Shown: positions 1 through 7,580 of the stretch, in pieces
Numbering within the stretch: the stretch's first letter is position 1
How the letters are laid out: the number at the start of each line of letters is the position of its first letter
From: a virus
Taxonomy: Duplodnaviria; Heunggongvirae; Uroviricota; Caudoviricetes
IMG/VR virus record: IMGVR_UViG_2563366948_000001
Coordinates: 1 to 18,745 of that record
Length of the DNA stretch: 18,745 nucleotides
Direction: 5' to 3' (one strand)
Program-made: the position numbers and the translations under genes
Notes under the pieces: model-generated
Database searches by the model: none
What the model was told of the DNA's origin: nothing
Seen by the model: the letters and a program-made list of their open reading frames with translations, nothing else

Positions 1-1284
1 TTACTTCTTCGCCTCTGCAACCACTTTACTACCCACGCCGCGGTTATTGTATTCCCACATGCGGTTGTAGTTAGTGTCATTCAGATTGCGCTGTATTTCG
101 TCGTTATCATCTACGCTGCCGGTATTACCCGCAAACGGACGATTAGAGATCACCGCATCGGCCCACGGTTTAGCCGTGTTAAAACCTTCGTTGATGGCGC
201 TATCACGGATCACCACCTGACCGTTGGTATTGGCATCAACATCCAGCGAGCGGCCCAGTTGCGCCACACCATCACCGAAAGCATTGAAACGGCTGTTTAC
301 GGCGAGGAAACCGTAGTAAATGTTGGACAGCGTAGCCGGTGCAAACACATACGCTTCTTGCTGAGTACGTGAGTTCACCACGCGGAATTCGGTGTTATCG
401 AACACCACTGCGCCGCGACCAGAAACGATATCCACATCCCCTTCAATGTAGCTGTTGGTCACCAGCGTACGCGGCTGACGATTTGTTTCCAGACGGTTCT
501 GCACACCGCTGTTGGTGACAAAGAAGGTGTTCTGACGACCGAGAATGTTAACGTTGTTAATCTGTACCTGGTCACCATCAGTACGCAGTGCCACCGCCGG
601 ATGGTTACCTGCATCTACGCTATCGCCCAGCGTGTTTTCGATGGTCAGATTTTGCAGTTGCAGGCCATTGTTTTGTGACCAGAAGACCGCAGAGCAGAGA
701 ACACCGATACTGTCGCTGCGTTTGCTCTGGCAGCTATCGTACATATACCACGCTGGTTTACCTGGCATATATTTGCCGCGCGGGTTGACGTCGTGACGCC
801 AGTCGGCAGGGCTCATGCCACCATCAAGGGAAAGCCCAATCTTCACATCAATCGGTTTTTCACCTGTACCGTACAGAGTAATTCCACCCGGAGCGGCAGG
901 GACATATACCGTTCCCTGATACTCACCAGGCATCACGGCAATATACTGGCGCTTGTTGGTACGCTTGATAATTGCCGCATCTACCGCCGCCTGAATCGTG
1001 GTATGCGTTACACCTTGAGTGCCCGCCGGGCCGACAACAAAGTCAGGTTGCGCAGGCAGGGTAATCGGGGAAGGATTCCACGCTGCAGCACCTGGTGTCA
1101 GGGATGCAAAATAGTGTTGAGCATCGAAATTCTGCGCTTCTTTTGCCGACAGAATCGGGCGAGAAGAGGTACCAGGCGCGGTTTGATCAGAAGGACGTTG
1201 ATCGGGCGGGGTTGAGCTACAGGCGGTCAGCGTCACGCCAAAAGCCAATGCCAGCGCCAGACGGGAAACTGAAAATGTGTTCAC
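1..1284 (-). CDS. ybhC: YbhC-like outer-membrane lipoprotein (pectinesterase-family, putative acyl-CoA thioesterase); host gene flanking attB-lambda
   Basis: 427-aa ORF in track; N-terminal signal with lipobox (LTAC); sequence recognised as E. coli YbhC; start codon appears to be GTG. Confidence 0.8.
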   Translation of the reverse strand: MNTFSVSRLALALAFGVTLTACSSTPPDQRPSDQTAPGTSSRPILSAKEAQNFDAQHYFASLTPGAAAWNPSPITLPAQPDFVVGPAGTQGVTHTTIQAAVDAAIIKRTNKRQYIAVMPGEYQGTVYVPAAPGGITLYGTGEKPIDVKIGLSLDGGMSPADWRHDVNPRGKYMPGKPAWYMYDSCQSKRSDSIGVLCSAVFWSQNNGLQLQNLTIENTLGDSVDAGNHPAVALRTDGDQVQINNVNILGRQNTFFVTNSGVQNRLETNRQPRTLVTNSYIEGDVDIVSGRGAVVFDNTEFRVVNSRTQQEAYVFAPATLSNIYYGFLAVNSRFNAFGDGVAQLGRSLDVDANTNGQVVIRDSAINEGFNTAKPWADAVISNRPFAGNTGSVDDNDEIQRNLNDTNYNRMWEYNNRGVGSKVVAEAKK

Positions 1285-1330
1285 AGGTTGCTCCGGGCTA
1301 TGAAATAGAAAAATGAATCCGTTGAAGCCT

Positions 1331-1345
1331 GCTTTTTTATACTAA
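1331..1345. other. attL: lambda att common core (GCTTTTTTATACTAA) = attL crossover site
   Basis: Exact 15-bp lambda core between the ybhC start and int; bacterial arm to the left, phage P' arm to the right. Confidence 0.9.
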
Positions 1346-1418
1346 GTTGGCATTATAAAAAAGCATTGCTTATCAATTTGTTGCAACGAACAGGTCACTA
1401 TCAGTCAAAATAAAATCA
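1346..1418. promoter_or_regulatory. attP P' arm with Int arm-type and IHF binding sites
   Basis: Sequence GTTGGCATTATAAAAAAGCATTGCTTATCAATTTGTTGCAACGAACAGGTCACTATCAGTCAAAATAAAATCATTATTTG matches the lambda P' arm as I recall it. Confidence 0.75.
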
Positions 1419-2489
1419 TTATTTGATTTCAATTTTGTCCCACTCCCTGCCTCTGTCATCACGATACTGTGATGCCATGGTGTCCGACTTATGCCCGAGA
1501 AGATGTTGAGCAAACTTATCGCTTATCTGCTTCTCATAGAGTCTTGCAGACAAACTGCGCAACTCGTGAAAGGTAGGCGGATCCCCTTCGAAGGAAAGAC
1601 CTGATGCTTTTCGTGCGCGCATAAAATACCTTGATACTGTGCCGGATGAAAGCGGTTCACGACGAGTAGATGCAATTATGGTTTCTCCGCCAAGAATCTC
1701 TTTGCATTTATCAAGTGTTTCCTTCATTGATATCCCGAGAGCATCAACATGCAATGTTGTTGGGATGGCAATTTTTACGCCTGTTTTGCTTTGCTCGACA
1801 TAAAGATATCCATCTACGATATCAGACCACTTCATTTCGCATAAATCACCAACTCGTTGCCCGGTAACAACAGCCAGTTCCATTGCAAGTCTGAGCCAAC
1901 ATGGTGATGATTCTGCTGCTTGATAAATTTTCAGGTATTCGTCAGCCGTAAGTCTTGATCTCCTTACCTCTGATTTTGCTGCGCGAGTGGCAGCGACAGG
2001 GTTTGTTGTTATATGGCCTTCAGCTATTGCCTCTCGGAATGCATCGCTCAGTGTTGATCTGATTAACTTGGCTGACGCCGCCTTGCCCTCGTCTATGTAT
2101 CCATTGAGCATTGCCGCAATTTCTTTTGTGGTGATGTCTTCAAGTGGAGCATCAGGCAGACCCCTCCTTATTGCTTTAATTTTGCTCATGTAATTTATGA
2201 GTGTCTTCTGCTTGATTCCTCTGCTGGCCAGGATTTTTTCGTAGCGATCAAGCCATGAATGTAACGTAACGGAATTATCACTGTTGATTCTCGCTGTCAG
2301 AGGCTTGTGTTTGTGTCCTGAAAATAACTCAATGTTGGCCTGTATAGCTTCAGTGATTGCGATTCGCCTGTCTCGGCCTAATCCAAACTCTTTACCCGTC
2401 CTTGGGTCCCTGTAGCAGTAATATCCATTGTTTCTTATATAAAGGTTAGGGGGTAAATCCCGGCGCTCATGACTTCGCCTTCTTCCCAT
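1419..2489 (-). CDS. int: Lambda integrase (tyrosine recombinase)
   Basis: 356 aa beginning MGRRRSHERRDLPPNLYIRNNGYYCYRDPRTGKEF, recognised as lambda Int; adjacent to attL. Confidence 0.95.
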   Translation of the reverse strand: MGRRRSHERRDLPPNLYIRNNGYYCYRDPRTGKEFGLGRDRRIAITEAIQANIELFSGHKHKPLTARINSDNSVTLHSWLDRYEKILASRGIKQKTLINYMSKIKAIRRGLPDAPLEDITTKEIAAMLNGYIDEGKAASAKLIRSTLSDAFREAIAEGHITTNPVAATRAAKSEVRRSRLTADEYLKIYQAAESSPCWLRLAMELAVVTGQRVGDLCEMKWSDIVDGYLYVEQSKTGVKIAIPTTLHVDALGISMKETLDKCKEILGGETIIASTRREPLSSGTVSRYFMRARKASGLSFEGDPPTFHELRSLSARLYEKQISDKFAQHLLGHKSDTMASQYRDDRGREWDKIEIK

Positions 2490-2685
2490 TTCTGATCCTC
2501 TTCAAAAGGCTACCTGTTACTGGTCGATTTAAGTCAACCTTTACCGCTGATTCGTGGAACAGATATTCTCTTCCATCCTTAACCGGAGGAGGGAATATCC
2601 TGCACTCGCGTACCCATCGACGAACTGTTTCAAGGCTTCTTGGGCGTCGTTGGCGTGCGTTCCACTCCTGAAGTGTCAAGTACAT
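2467..2685 (-). CDS. xis: Lambda excisionase
   Basis: 72 aa MYLTLQEWNARQRRPRSLETVRRWVRECRIFPPP..., recognised as lambda Xis; 3' end overlaps int start as in lambda. Confidence 0.9.
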   Translation of the reverse strand: MYLTLQEWNARQRRPRSLETVRRWVRECRIFPPPVKDGREYLFHESAVKVDLNRPVTGSLLKRIRNGKKAKS

Positions 2686-2798
2686 CGCAAAGTCTCCGCA
2701 ATTACACGCAAGAAAAAACCGCCATCAGGCGGCTTGGTGTTCTTTCAGTTCTTCAATTCGAATATTGGTTACATTGTTTTCATATATGAATAAATAAA

Positions 2799-2978
2799 TT
2801 AGCTTTTTTCGTTGCCTTCGCGTTCTTTATTAATTTTGACAAACTTGTTTTTACCACGCTCTCCAAATGCGTCTTTAGAGTCGTTGTATCCGCAATCGCA
2901 GCACACATAATCACCAGACCATCCACGCATTGTTTTTTCTTTTGCAATATTTCCAGAACCGCATTTTGGACAAGACAT
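2799..2978 (-). CDS. Small zinc-ribbon protein (CPKC...CCDC), possibly Ea8.5-like
   Basis: Track ORF 2799-3011 starts at TTG; an internal ATG at 2978 is preceded by a GGAGG Shine-Dalgarno, giving 59 aa MSCPKCGSGN... with two Cys pairs. Confidence 0.5.
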   Translation of the reverse strand: MSCPKCGSGNIAKEKTMRGWSGDYVCCDCGYNDSKDAFGERGKNKFVKINKEREGNEKS

Positions 2979-3074
2979 ATCACTACCTCCAAAGCATGAG
3001 TGAGATGACAACGTAACATTGATTGGAGATTAACAATAGATTGCTGATGTAAAAGATATGTATAAGCTTCGCTT

Positions 3075-3728
3075 TCAAAGTGGAGGCTCTGGTAGCGGCA
3101 TCCAGTGAGTTACGTCATCCAAGATATTTCCTGATAAATACGTGAAAGCTCTATATTTTTTGTAATCAATTGGATTTACAACCCAGTTCCAATATGCGGC
3201 CACGATTTCACCTTGACTAAATGCCAGTAACATTTTGGTGTCTTCCGGCATTCGATCACTACAGCTTATCCAACCACCCGGAGTTACCGGAGAGTTGCCG
3301 CGTTCTTTAATGTGCAAGCGAGGCTCACCATCTTTTGGTTCAGGCCACTGGCGTTCCATGTTGATCTTCAATTTATTTTCCATAGCAGCGGTAATTTCAG
3401 CATCACTGATACCAGCACGGCGCTGTGCATCCCACAACAGAAACTGCATATCAGCCCACTCGCTAAGATCGTCTGGTTCGGCTGCGGCTTCCAGTGCCTC
3501 TTTTGAGAGATGTTTCAGCGGACCAATGGGGCCAACGCAGCCAAATGTGGAGTCAGACCATTTGGCATGCTCGTGGCGAATCTGTTCGCGTTCCAGTGAG
3601 GCGAGAGCGATTTTAAATGCTGTAAGCATGTGTGCTTGATCGTTGTCGAGTCCGAATGGCATTTCATCTCGTGCTGACTCAATACTGGTAATCGTATTTT
3701 GTAGCCATTCTTTGGTAAAAGTGCTCAT
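3075..3728 (-). CDS. Phage protein with MazG-like nucleotide pyrophosphohydrolase-type N-terminal region and DUF551-like C-terminal region
   Basis: 217 aa; central EALEAAAEPDDLSEWADMQFLLWDAQRRAGIS...AMENKLKIN resembles MazG-type helices; C-terminal ...THWMPLPEPP resembles the prophage DUF551 motif; ATGA overlap with upstream ORF. Confidence 0.6.
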   Translation of the reverse strand: MSTFTKEWLQNTITSIESARDEMPFGLDNDQAHMLTAFKIALASLEREQIRHEHAKWSDSTFGCVGPIGPLKHLSKEALEAAAEPDDLSEWADMQFLLWDAQRRAGISDAEITAAMENKLKINMERQWPEPKDGEPRLHIKERGNSPVTPGGWISCSDRMPEDTKMLLAFSQGEIVAAYWNWVVNPIDYKKYRAFTYLSGNILDDVTHWMPLPEPPL

Positions 3729-4096
3729 CGTAAAATATCCTCTATACTGGTAAGTCCTTCATTATTTAGCCAGATCATGGCGTCATCCGGCAACTTGCTG
3801 TCTGGTTTGGCGTTTTTGAGAGAGGAACTCAGTCGCTTAATCCACATTGTCACCTCAGTAATGCGCCTGTCTTTGCCTTCCAGCTCAACACGCAGCTTCC
3901 CTACCGTTAGCGCAATATCCTCGTTCTCCTGGTCGCGGCGTTTGATGTATTGCTGGTTTCTTTCCCGTTCATCCAGCAGTTCCAGCACAATCGATGGTGT
4001 TACCAATTCATGGAAAAGGTCTGCGTCAAATCCCCAGTCGTCATGCATTGCCTGCTCTGCCGCTTCACGCAGTGCCTGAGAGTTAATTTCGCTCAC
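3725..4096 (-). CDS. Ea22-like early-left protein (hypothetical)
   Basis: 123 aa; GTG start with AGAGAGG Shine-Dalgarno; GTGA overlap with orf73 stop, so translationally coupled. Confidence 0.55.
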   Translation of the reverse strand: MSEINSQALREAAEQAMHDDWGFDADLFHELVTPSIVLELLDERERNQQYIKRRDQENEDIALTVGKLRVELEGKDRRITEVTMWIKRLSSSLKNAKPDSKLPDDAMIWLNNEGLTSIEDILR

Positions 4097-4314
4097 TTCG
4101 AACCTCTCTGTTTACTGATAAGTTCCAGATCCTCCTGGCAACTTGCACAAGTCCGACAACCCTGAACGGCCAAGCGTCTTCGTTCATCTATCGGATCGCC
4201 ACACTCACAACAATGAGTGGCAGATATAGCCTGGTGGTTCAGGCGGCGCATTTTTATTGCTGTGTTGCGCTGTAATTCTTCAATTTCTGATGCTGAATCA
4301 ATGATGTCTGCCAT
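4093..4314 (-). CDS. TraR/DksA-family C4 zinc-finger protein (lambda Orf73-like)
   Basis: 73 aa with CCECGDPIDERRRLAVQGCRTCASC four-Cys zinc finger typical of TraR/DksA; lambda carries a TraR-like orf73 in this region. Confidence 0.75.
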   Translation of the reverse strand: MADIIDSASEIEELQRNTAIKMRRLNHQAISATHCCECGDPIDERRRLAVQGCRTCASCQEDLELISKQRGSK

Positions 4315-4360
4315 CTTTCATTAATCCCTGAATTGTTGGTTAATACGCTTGAGGGTGAAT

Positions 4361-4390
4361 GCGAATAATAAAAAAGGAGCCTGTAGCTCC
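4361..4390 (-). terminator. Candidate intrinsic terminator in the leftward operon
   Basis: GGAGC-CTGTA-GCTCC hairpin (4376-4390) followed on the minus strand by TTTTTTATTATT (4361-4375). Confidence 0.4.
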
Positions 4391-4412
4391 ATGATGATTT
4401 TGTTTTTCATGC

Positions 4413-4694
4413 TCACCGTTCCTTAAAGACGCCGTTTAACATGCCGATCGCCAGGCTTAAATGAGTCGGTGTGAATCCCATCAGCGTTACCGTTTCGCGG
4501 TGCTTCTTCAGTACGCTACGGCAAATGTCATCGACGTTTTTATCCGGAAACTGCTGTCTGGCTTTTTTGATTTCAGAATTAGCCTGACGGGCAATGCTGC
4601 GAAGGGCGTTTTCTTGCTGAGGTGTCACTGAACAAGCCCCATGTCGGCAAGCATAAGCACACAGAATATGAAGCCCGCTGCCAGGAAAATGCAT
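4413..4694 (-). CDS. Small early-left hypothetical protein (lambda b-region family; start uncertain)
   Basis: 93-aa ORF; no clear Shine-Dalgarno at the ATG; an in-frame GTG with upstream GGGG would give 71 aa. Confidence 0.5.
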   Translation of the reverse strand: MHFPGSGLHILCAYACRHGACSVTPQQENALRSIARQANSEIKKARQQFPDKNVDDICRSVLKKHRETVTLMGFTPTHLSLAIGMLNGVFKER

Positions 4695-4704
4695 TCAGTG
4701 GTTG

Positions 4705-4896
4705 TCATACCTGGTCTCTCTCATCTGCTTCTGCTTTCGCCACCATCATTTCCAGCTTTTGTGAAAGGGATGCGGCTAACGTATGAAATTCTTCGTCTGT
4801 TTCTACTGGTATTGGCACAAACCTGACTCCAATTTGAGCGAGGCTATGTGCCATCTCGATACTCGTTCTTAACTCAACGGGAGATGCTTTGTGCAT
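4705..4896 (-). CDS. Lambda Orf63-like protein
   Basis: 63 aa [30 protein letters not shown]..., recognised as lambda orf63 family; a G9 run immediately upstream serves as Shine-Dalgarno. Confidence 0.7.
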   Translation of the reverse strand: MHKASPVELRTSIEMAHSLAQIGVRFVPIPVETDEEFHTLAASLSQKLEMMVAKAEADERDQV

Positions 4897-5054
4897 ACAG
4901 CCCCCCCCCGTTTATTATTTATCTCCTCAGCCAGCCGCTGTGCTTTCAGGGGATTTCGGATAACAGAAAGGCCGGGAAATACCCAGCCTCGCTTTGTAAC
5001 GGAGTAGACGAAAGTGATTGCGCCTACCCGGATATTATCGTGAGGATGCGTCAT
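4869..5054 (-). CDS. Lambda Orf60a-like protein
   Basis: Track ORF to 5060; the ATG at 5054 overlaps the exo stop (ATGA) and gives 61 aa [19 protein letters not shown]... Confidence 0.65.
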   Translation of the reverse strand: MTHPHDNIRVGAITFVYSVTKRGWVFPGLSVIRNPLKAQRLAEEINNKRGGAVCTKHLPLS

Positions 5055-5731
5055 CGCCATTGCTCCCCAAATACAAAACCAATTTCAGCCAGTGCCTCGT
5101 CCATTTTTTCGATGAACTCCGGCACCATCTCGTCAAAACTCGCCATGTACTTTTCATCCCGCTCAACCACGACATAATGCAGTCCTTCACGCTTCATACG
5201 CGGGTCATAGTTGGCAAAGTACCAGGCATCTTTTCGCGTCACCCACATGCTGTACTGCACCTGGGCCATGTAAGCCGACTTTATGGCCTCGAAACCACCG
5301 AGCCGGAATTTCATGAAATCCCGGGAGGTAAACGGGCATTTCAGCTCAAGGCCATTGCCGTCACTGCATAAACCATCGGGAGAGCAGGCGGTGCGCATAC
5401 TTTCGTCGCGATAGATGATCGGGGATTCAATAACATTTACGCCGGAAGTGAACTCAAACAGGGTTCTGGCGTCGTTCTCGTACTGTTTTCCCCAGGCCAG
5501 CGCTTTAGCGTTAACTTCCGGAGCCACACCGGTGCAAACCTCAGCTAGCAGGGTGTGGAAGTAGGACATTTTCATGTCAGGCCACTTCTTTCCTGATCGG
5601 GGCTTTGCTATCACGTTGTGAACTTCTGAAGCGGTGATGACGCCGAGCCGTAATTTGTGCCATGCATCATCCCCCTGTTCGACAGCTCTCACGTCGATCC
5701 CGGTACGCTGCAGGATAATGTCCGGTGTCAT
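5051..5731 (-). CDS. exo: Lambda exonuclease (Red-alpha)
   Basis: 226 aa [65 protein letters not shown]..., recognised as lambda Exo; AAGGTGG Shine-Dalgarno. Confidence 0.95.
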   Translation of the reverse strand: MTPDIILQRTGIDVRAVEQGDDAWHKLRLGVITASEVHNVIAKPRSGKKWPDMKMSYFHTLLAEVCTGVAPEVNAKALAWGKQYENDARTLFEFTSGVNVIESPIIYRDESMRTACSPDGLCSDGNGLELKCPFTSRDFMKFRLGGFEAIKSAYMAQVQYSMWVTRKDAWYFANYDPRMKREGLHYVVVERDEKYMASFDEMVPEFIEKMDEALAEIGFVFGEQWR

Positions 5732-5772
5732 GCTGCCACCTTCTGCTCAGTGGCTTTCTGTTTCAGGAAACC
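5728..5772 (-). pseudogene. bet: bet (Red-beta) 3' remnant: last ~14 codons and stop only
   Basis: Minus-strand reading ends ...[14 protein letters not shown], matching the lambda Bet C-terminus; upstream residues do not match Bet. Confidence 0.7.
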
Positions 5773-5776
5773 GAAT

Positions 5777-6028
5777 TTTGCAGGGTGGGCTAACGATATC
5801 CGTCTGATGCGTGAACGTGACGGCCGTAACCACCGCGACATGTGCGTGCTGTTCCGCTGGGCATGCCAGGACAACTTCTGGTCCGGTAACGTGCTAAGTC
5901 CGGCCAAACTCCGCGACAAGTGGACCCAACTCGAAATCAACCGTAACAAGCAACAGGCTGGCGTGACAGCCGGAAAATCAAAACTCGACCTGACAAACAC
6001 TGACTGGATTTACGGGGTGGATTTATGA
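5777..6028 (+). pseudogene. O: Replication initiator O, C-terminal ~83 codons only (no start, no ori iterons)
   Basis: FAGWANDIRLMRERDGRNHRDMCVLFRWACQDNFWSGNVLSPAKLRDKWTQLEINRNKQQAGV...LDLTNTDWIYGVDL matches the lambda O C-terminus; stop overlaps P start (ATGA). Confidence 0.8.
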
Positions 6029-6726
6029 AAAACATCGCCGCACAGATGGTTAACTTTGACCGTGAGCAGATGCGCCGGATCGCCAACAACATGCCGGAAC
6101 AGTACGACGAAAAGCCGCAGGTACAACAGGTAGCGCAGATCATCAATGGTGTGTTCAGCCAGTTACTGGCAACTTTCCCGGCGAGCCTGGCTAACCGGGA
6201 CCAGAACGAACTGAACGAAATCCGCCGCCAGTGGGTTCTGGCTTTCCGGGAAAACGGGATCACCACGATGGAACAGGTTAACGCAGGAATGCGCGTAGCC
6301 CGTCGGCAGAATCGACCATTCCTGCCATCACCCGGGCAGTTTGTTGCCTGGTGCCGGGAAGAAGCATCCGTTACCGCCGGGCTGCCAAACGCCAGCGAGC
6401 TGGTTGATATGGTTTACGAGTATTGCCGGAAACGTGGCCTGTATCCGGATGCAGAGTCTTATCCGTGGAAATCAAACGCGCACTACTGGCTGGTTACCAA
6501 CCTGTATCAGAACATGCGGGCCAATGCGCTGACTGATGCGGAATTACGGCGCAAGGCTGCCGATGAACTGGCCTGTATGACAGCGCGAATTAACCGTGGT
6601 GAGGCGATACCTGAACCAGTAAAACAACTTCCTGTTATGGGCGGGAGACCGCTTAATCGTGTTCAGGCTCTGGCGAAGATCGCAGAAATCAAAGCGAAGT
6701 TTGGGCTGAAAGGAGCAAGTGTATGA
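6025..6726 (+). CDS. P: Lambda replication protein P (DnaB helicase loader)
   Basis: 233 aa MKNIAAQMVNFDREQMRRIANNMPEQYDEKPQVQQVAQIINGVFSQLLATFPASLANRDQNELNEIRRQW..., recognised as lambda P. Confidence 0.95.
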   Translation: MKNIAAQMVNFDREQMRRIANNMPEQYDEKPQVQQVAQIINGVFSQLLATFPASLANRDQNELNEIRRQWVLAFRENGITTMEQVNAGMRVARRQNRPFLPSPGQFVAWCREEASVTAGLPNASELVDMVYEYCRKRGLYPDAESYPWKSNAHYWLVTNLYQNMRANALTDAELRRKAADELACMTARINRGEAIPEPVKQLPVMGGRPLNRVQALAKIAEIKAKFGLKGASV

Positions 6727-6896
6727 CGGGCAAAGAGGCAATTATTCATTATCTGGAGACGCACAAGAGCTTCTGTGCGCCGGACGTTGCTGTGACAACA
6801 GGTGTGACATTAACCAGCATAAATCAGGCTGCGGCAAAAATGGCGCGGGCAGGAATCCTGGTCATTGATGGTAAGGTCTGGCGAACGTTTGTTTAA
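6723..6896 (+). pseudogene. ren: ren, truncated (57 codons; N-terminus lambda-like, premature end)
   Basis: ATG overlaps P stop; MTGKEAIIHYLETHKSFCAPDVAVTTGVTLTSINQAAAKMARAGILVIDGKVWRT then FV-stop, whereas lambda Ren is 96 aa. Confidence 0.6.
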
Positions 6897-7042
6897 CGGT
6901 TAGCTACTCAGGATGATAGGGCGGGGCAAGTGAGTATGAAGCGGATTTTAAGGAATGCCATCAGAGTTTGGAAATAAAGTGGGTTTTCTAGTGGCAAGAG
7001 ACTTGATAATATTTAGTTCTTTGAATCCAAGGAGATAGGGTT

Positions 7043-7537
7043 ATGAGAAAATTTATTTTAGCCTTTGTTATAAGTGCCTCGTTTACAGCAAATGCTGGTG
7101 TAGAGAAGTTAGGGCCGTGGATAACAAAGTCTGAGATAAATAAAATGACTGACCAGACTGACTTTGTGGCTCTTAATTTATCACCAGATTCATATAACAA
7201 AGCAGGTACTGATCGTGCAACTTCACTGGTGTTGCGTTGTAGTGATAACAAAACAGATGCCTATTTATCATTCAATGATTATATGGGTTCGGACAACCCA
7301 AGAATTACAGTGCGGTTAGATGGCGGAAAGCCGGTCAAGAGTGTTTGGGGAGGTGGGGAAGGCGGTGATTCTGCATTTGCTCCACAACCAATACAATTTA
7401 TAAAGACCTTGGCTAAGCATAAAAAAGCTATTTTTGGGTTTGAACCTTATGGATCAACTATGCAAGTAGTTGAGTTTGACTTGTCTGAGATTGATAAGGT
7501 TGTGGAAAAAATTTCACAGTCTTGCAATTGGAAATGA
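7043..7537 (+). CDS. Secreted or periplasmic protein of unknown function (moron)
   Basis: 164 aa with signal peptide MRKFILAFVISASFTANA and AxA cleavage motif; strong AAGGAGA Shine-Dalgarno 8 nt upstream; AT-rich codon usage unlike flanking lambda DNA; own terminator. Confidence 0.7.
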   Translation: MRKFILAFVISASFTANAGVEKLGPWITKSEINKMTDQTDFVALNLSPDSYNKAGTDRATSLVLRCSDNKTDAYLSFNDYMGSDNPRITVRLDGGKPVKSVWGGGEGGDSAFAPQPIQFIKTLAKHKKAIFGFEPYGSTMQVVEFDLSEIDKVVEKISQSCNWK

Positions 7538-7554
7538 CAAAAAAATTTCATATG

Positions 7555-7580
7555 AACCCAGTTGGCGCTGGGTTTTTTAT
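7555..7580 (+). terminator. Intrinsic terminator of the secreted-protein gene
   Basis: AACCCAG-TTGGCG-CTGGGTT hairpin followed by TTTTTTATTT, 18 nt after the stop codon. Confidence 0.7.

Noticed and set aside
545-1316. Plus-strand ORFs of 66-140 aa (545-796, 588-788, 793-1215, 1095-1316) inside ybhC
   Set aside because: Entirely antisense to the well-supported ybhC frame; no ribosome-binding sites; Arg/Cys-rich composition typical of antisense frames of a GC-rich gene.
2780-3019. 79-aa minus-strand ORF overlapping the zinc-ribbon ORF
   Set aside because: Alternative frame over the same DNA; the zinc-ribbon frame has a GGAGG Shine-Dalgarno and paired Cys motifs, whereas this frame has neither.
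3235-4165. Plus-strand ORFs (134, 64, 100, 71 aa) opposite the leftward early genes
   Set aside because: Antisense to translationally coupled minus-strand genes; no start-site signals.
4391-4412. Possible 29-aa minus-strand micro-ORF (MKNKIIMELQAPFLLFAFTLKRINQQFRD) between the 93-aa ORF and orf73
   Set aside because: It spans the terminator hairpin, has no Shine-Dalgarno, and I recognise no homologue; more likely terminator sequence than a gene.
4641-5371. Plus-strand ORFs (61, 109, 117 aa) across orf63, orf60a and exo
   Set aside because: Antisense to recognised lambda genes including exo.
5937-6266. 109-aa minus-strand ORF overlapping the O remnant and the P start
   Set aside because: Antisense to P, which is recognised with confidence; probably a chance open frame.
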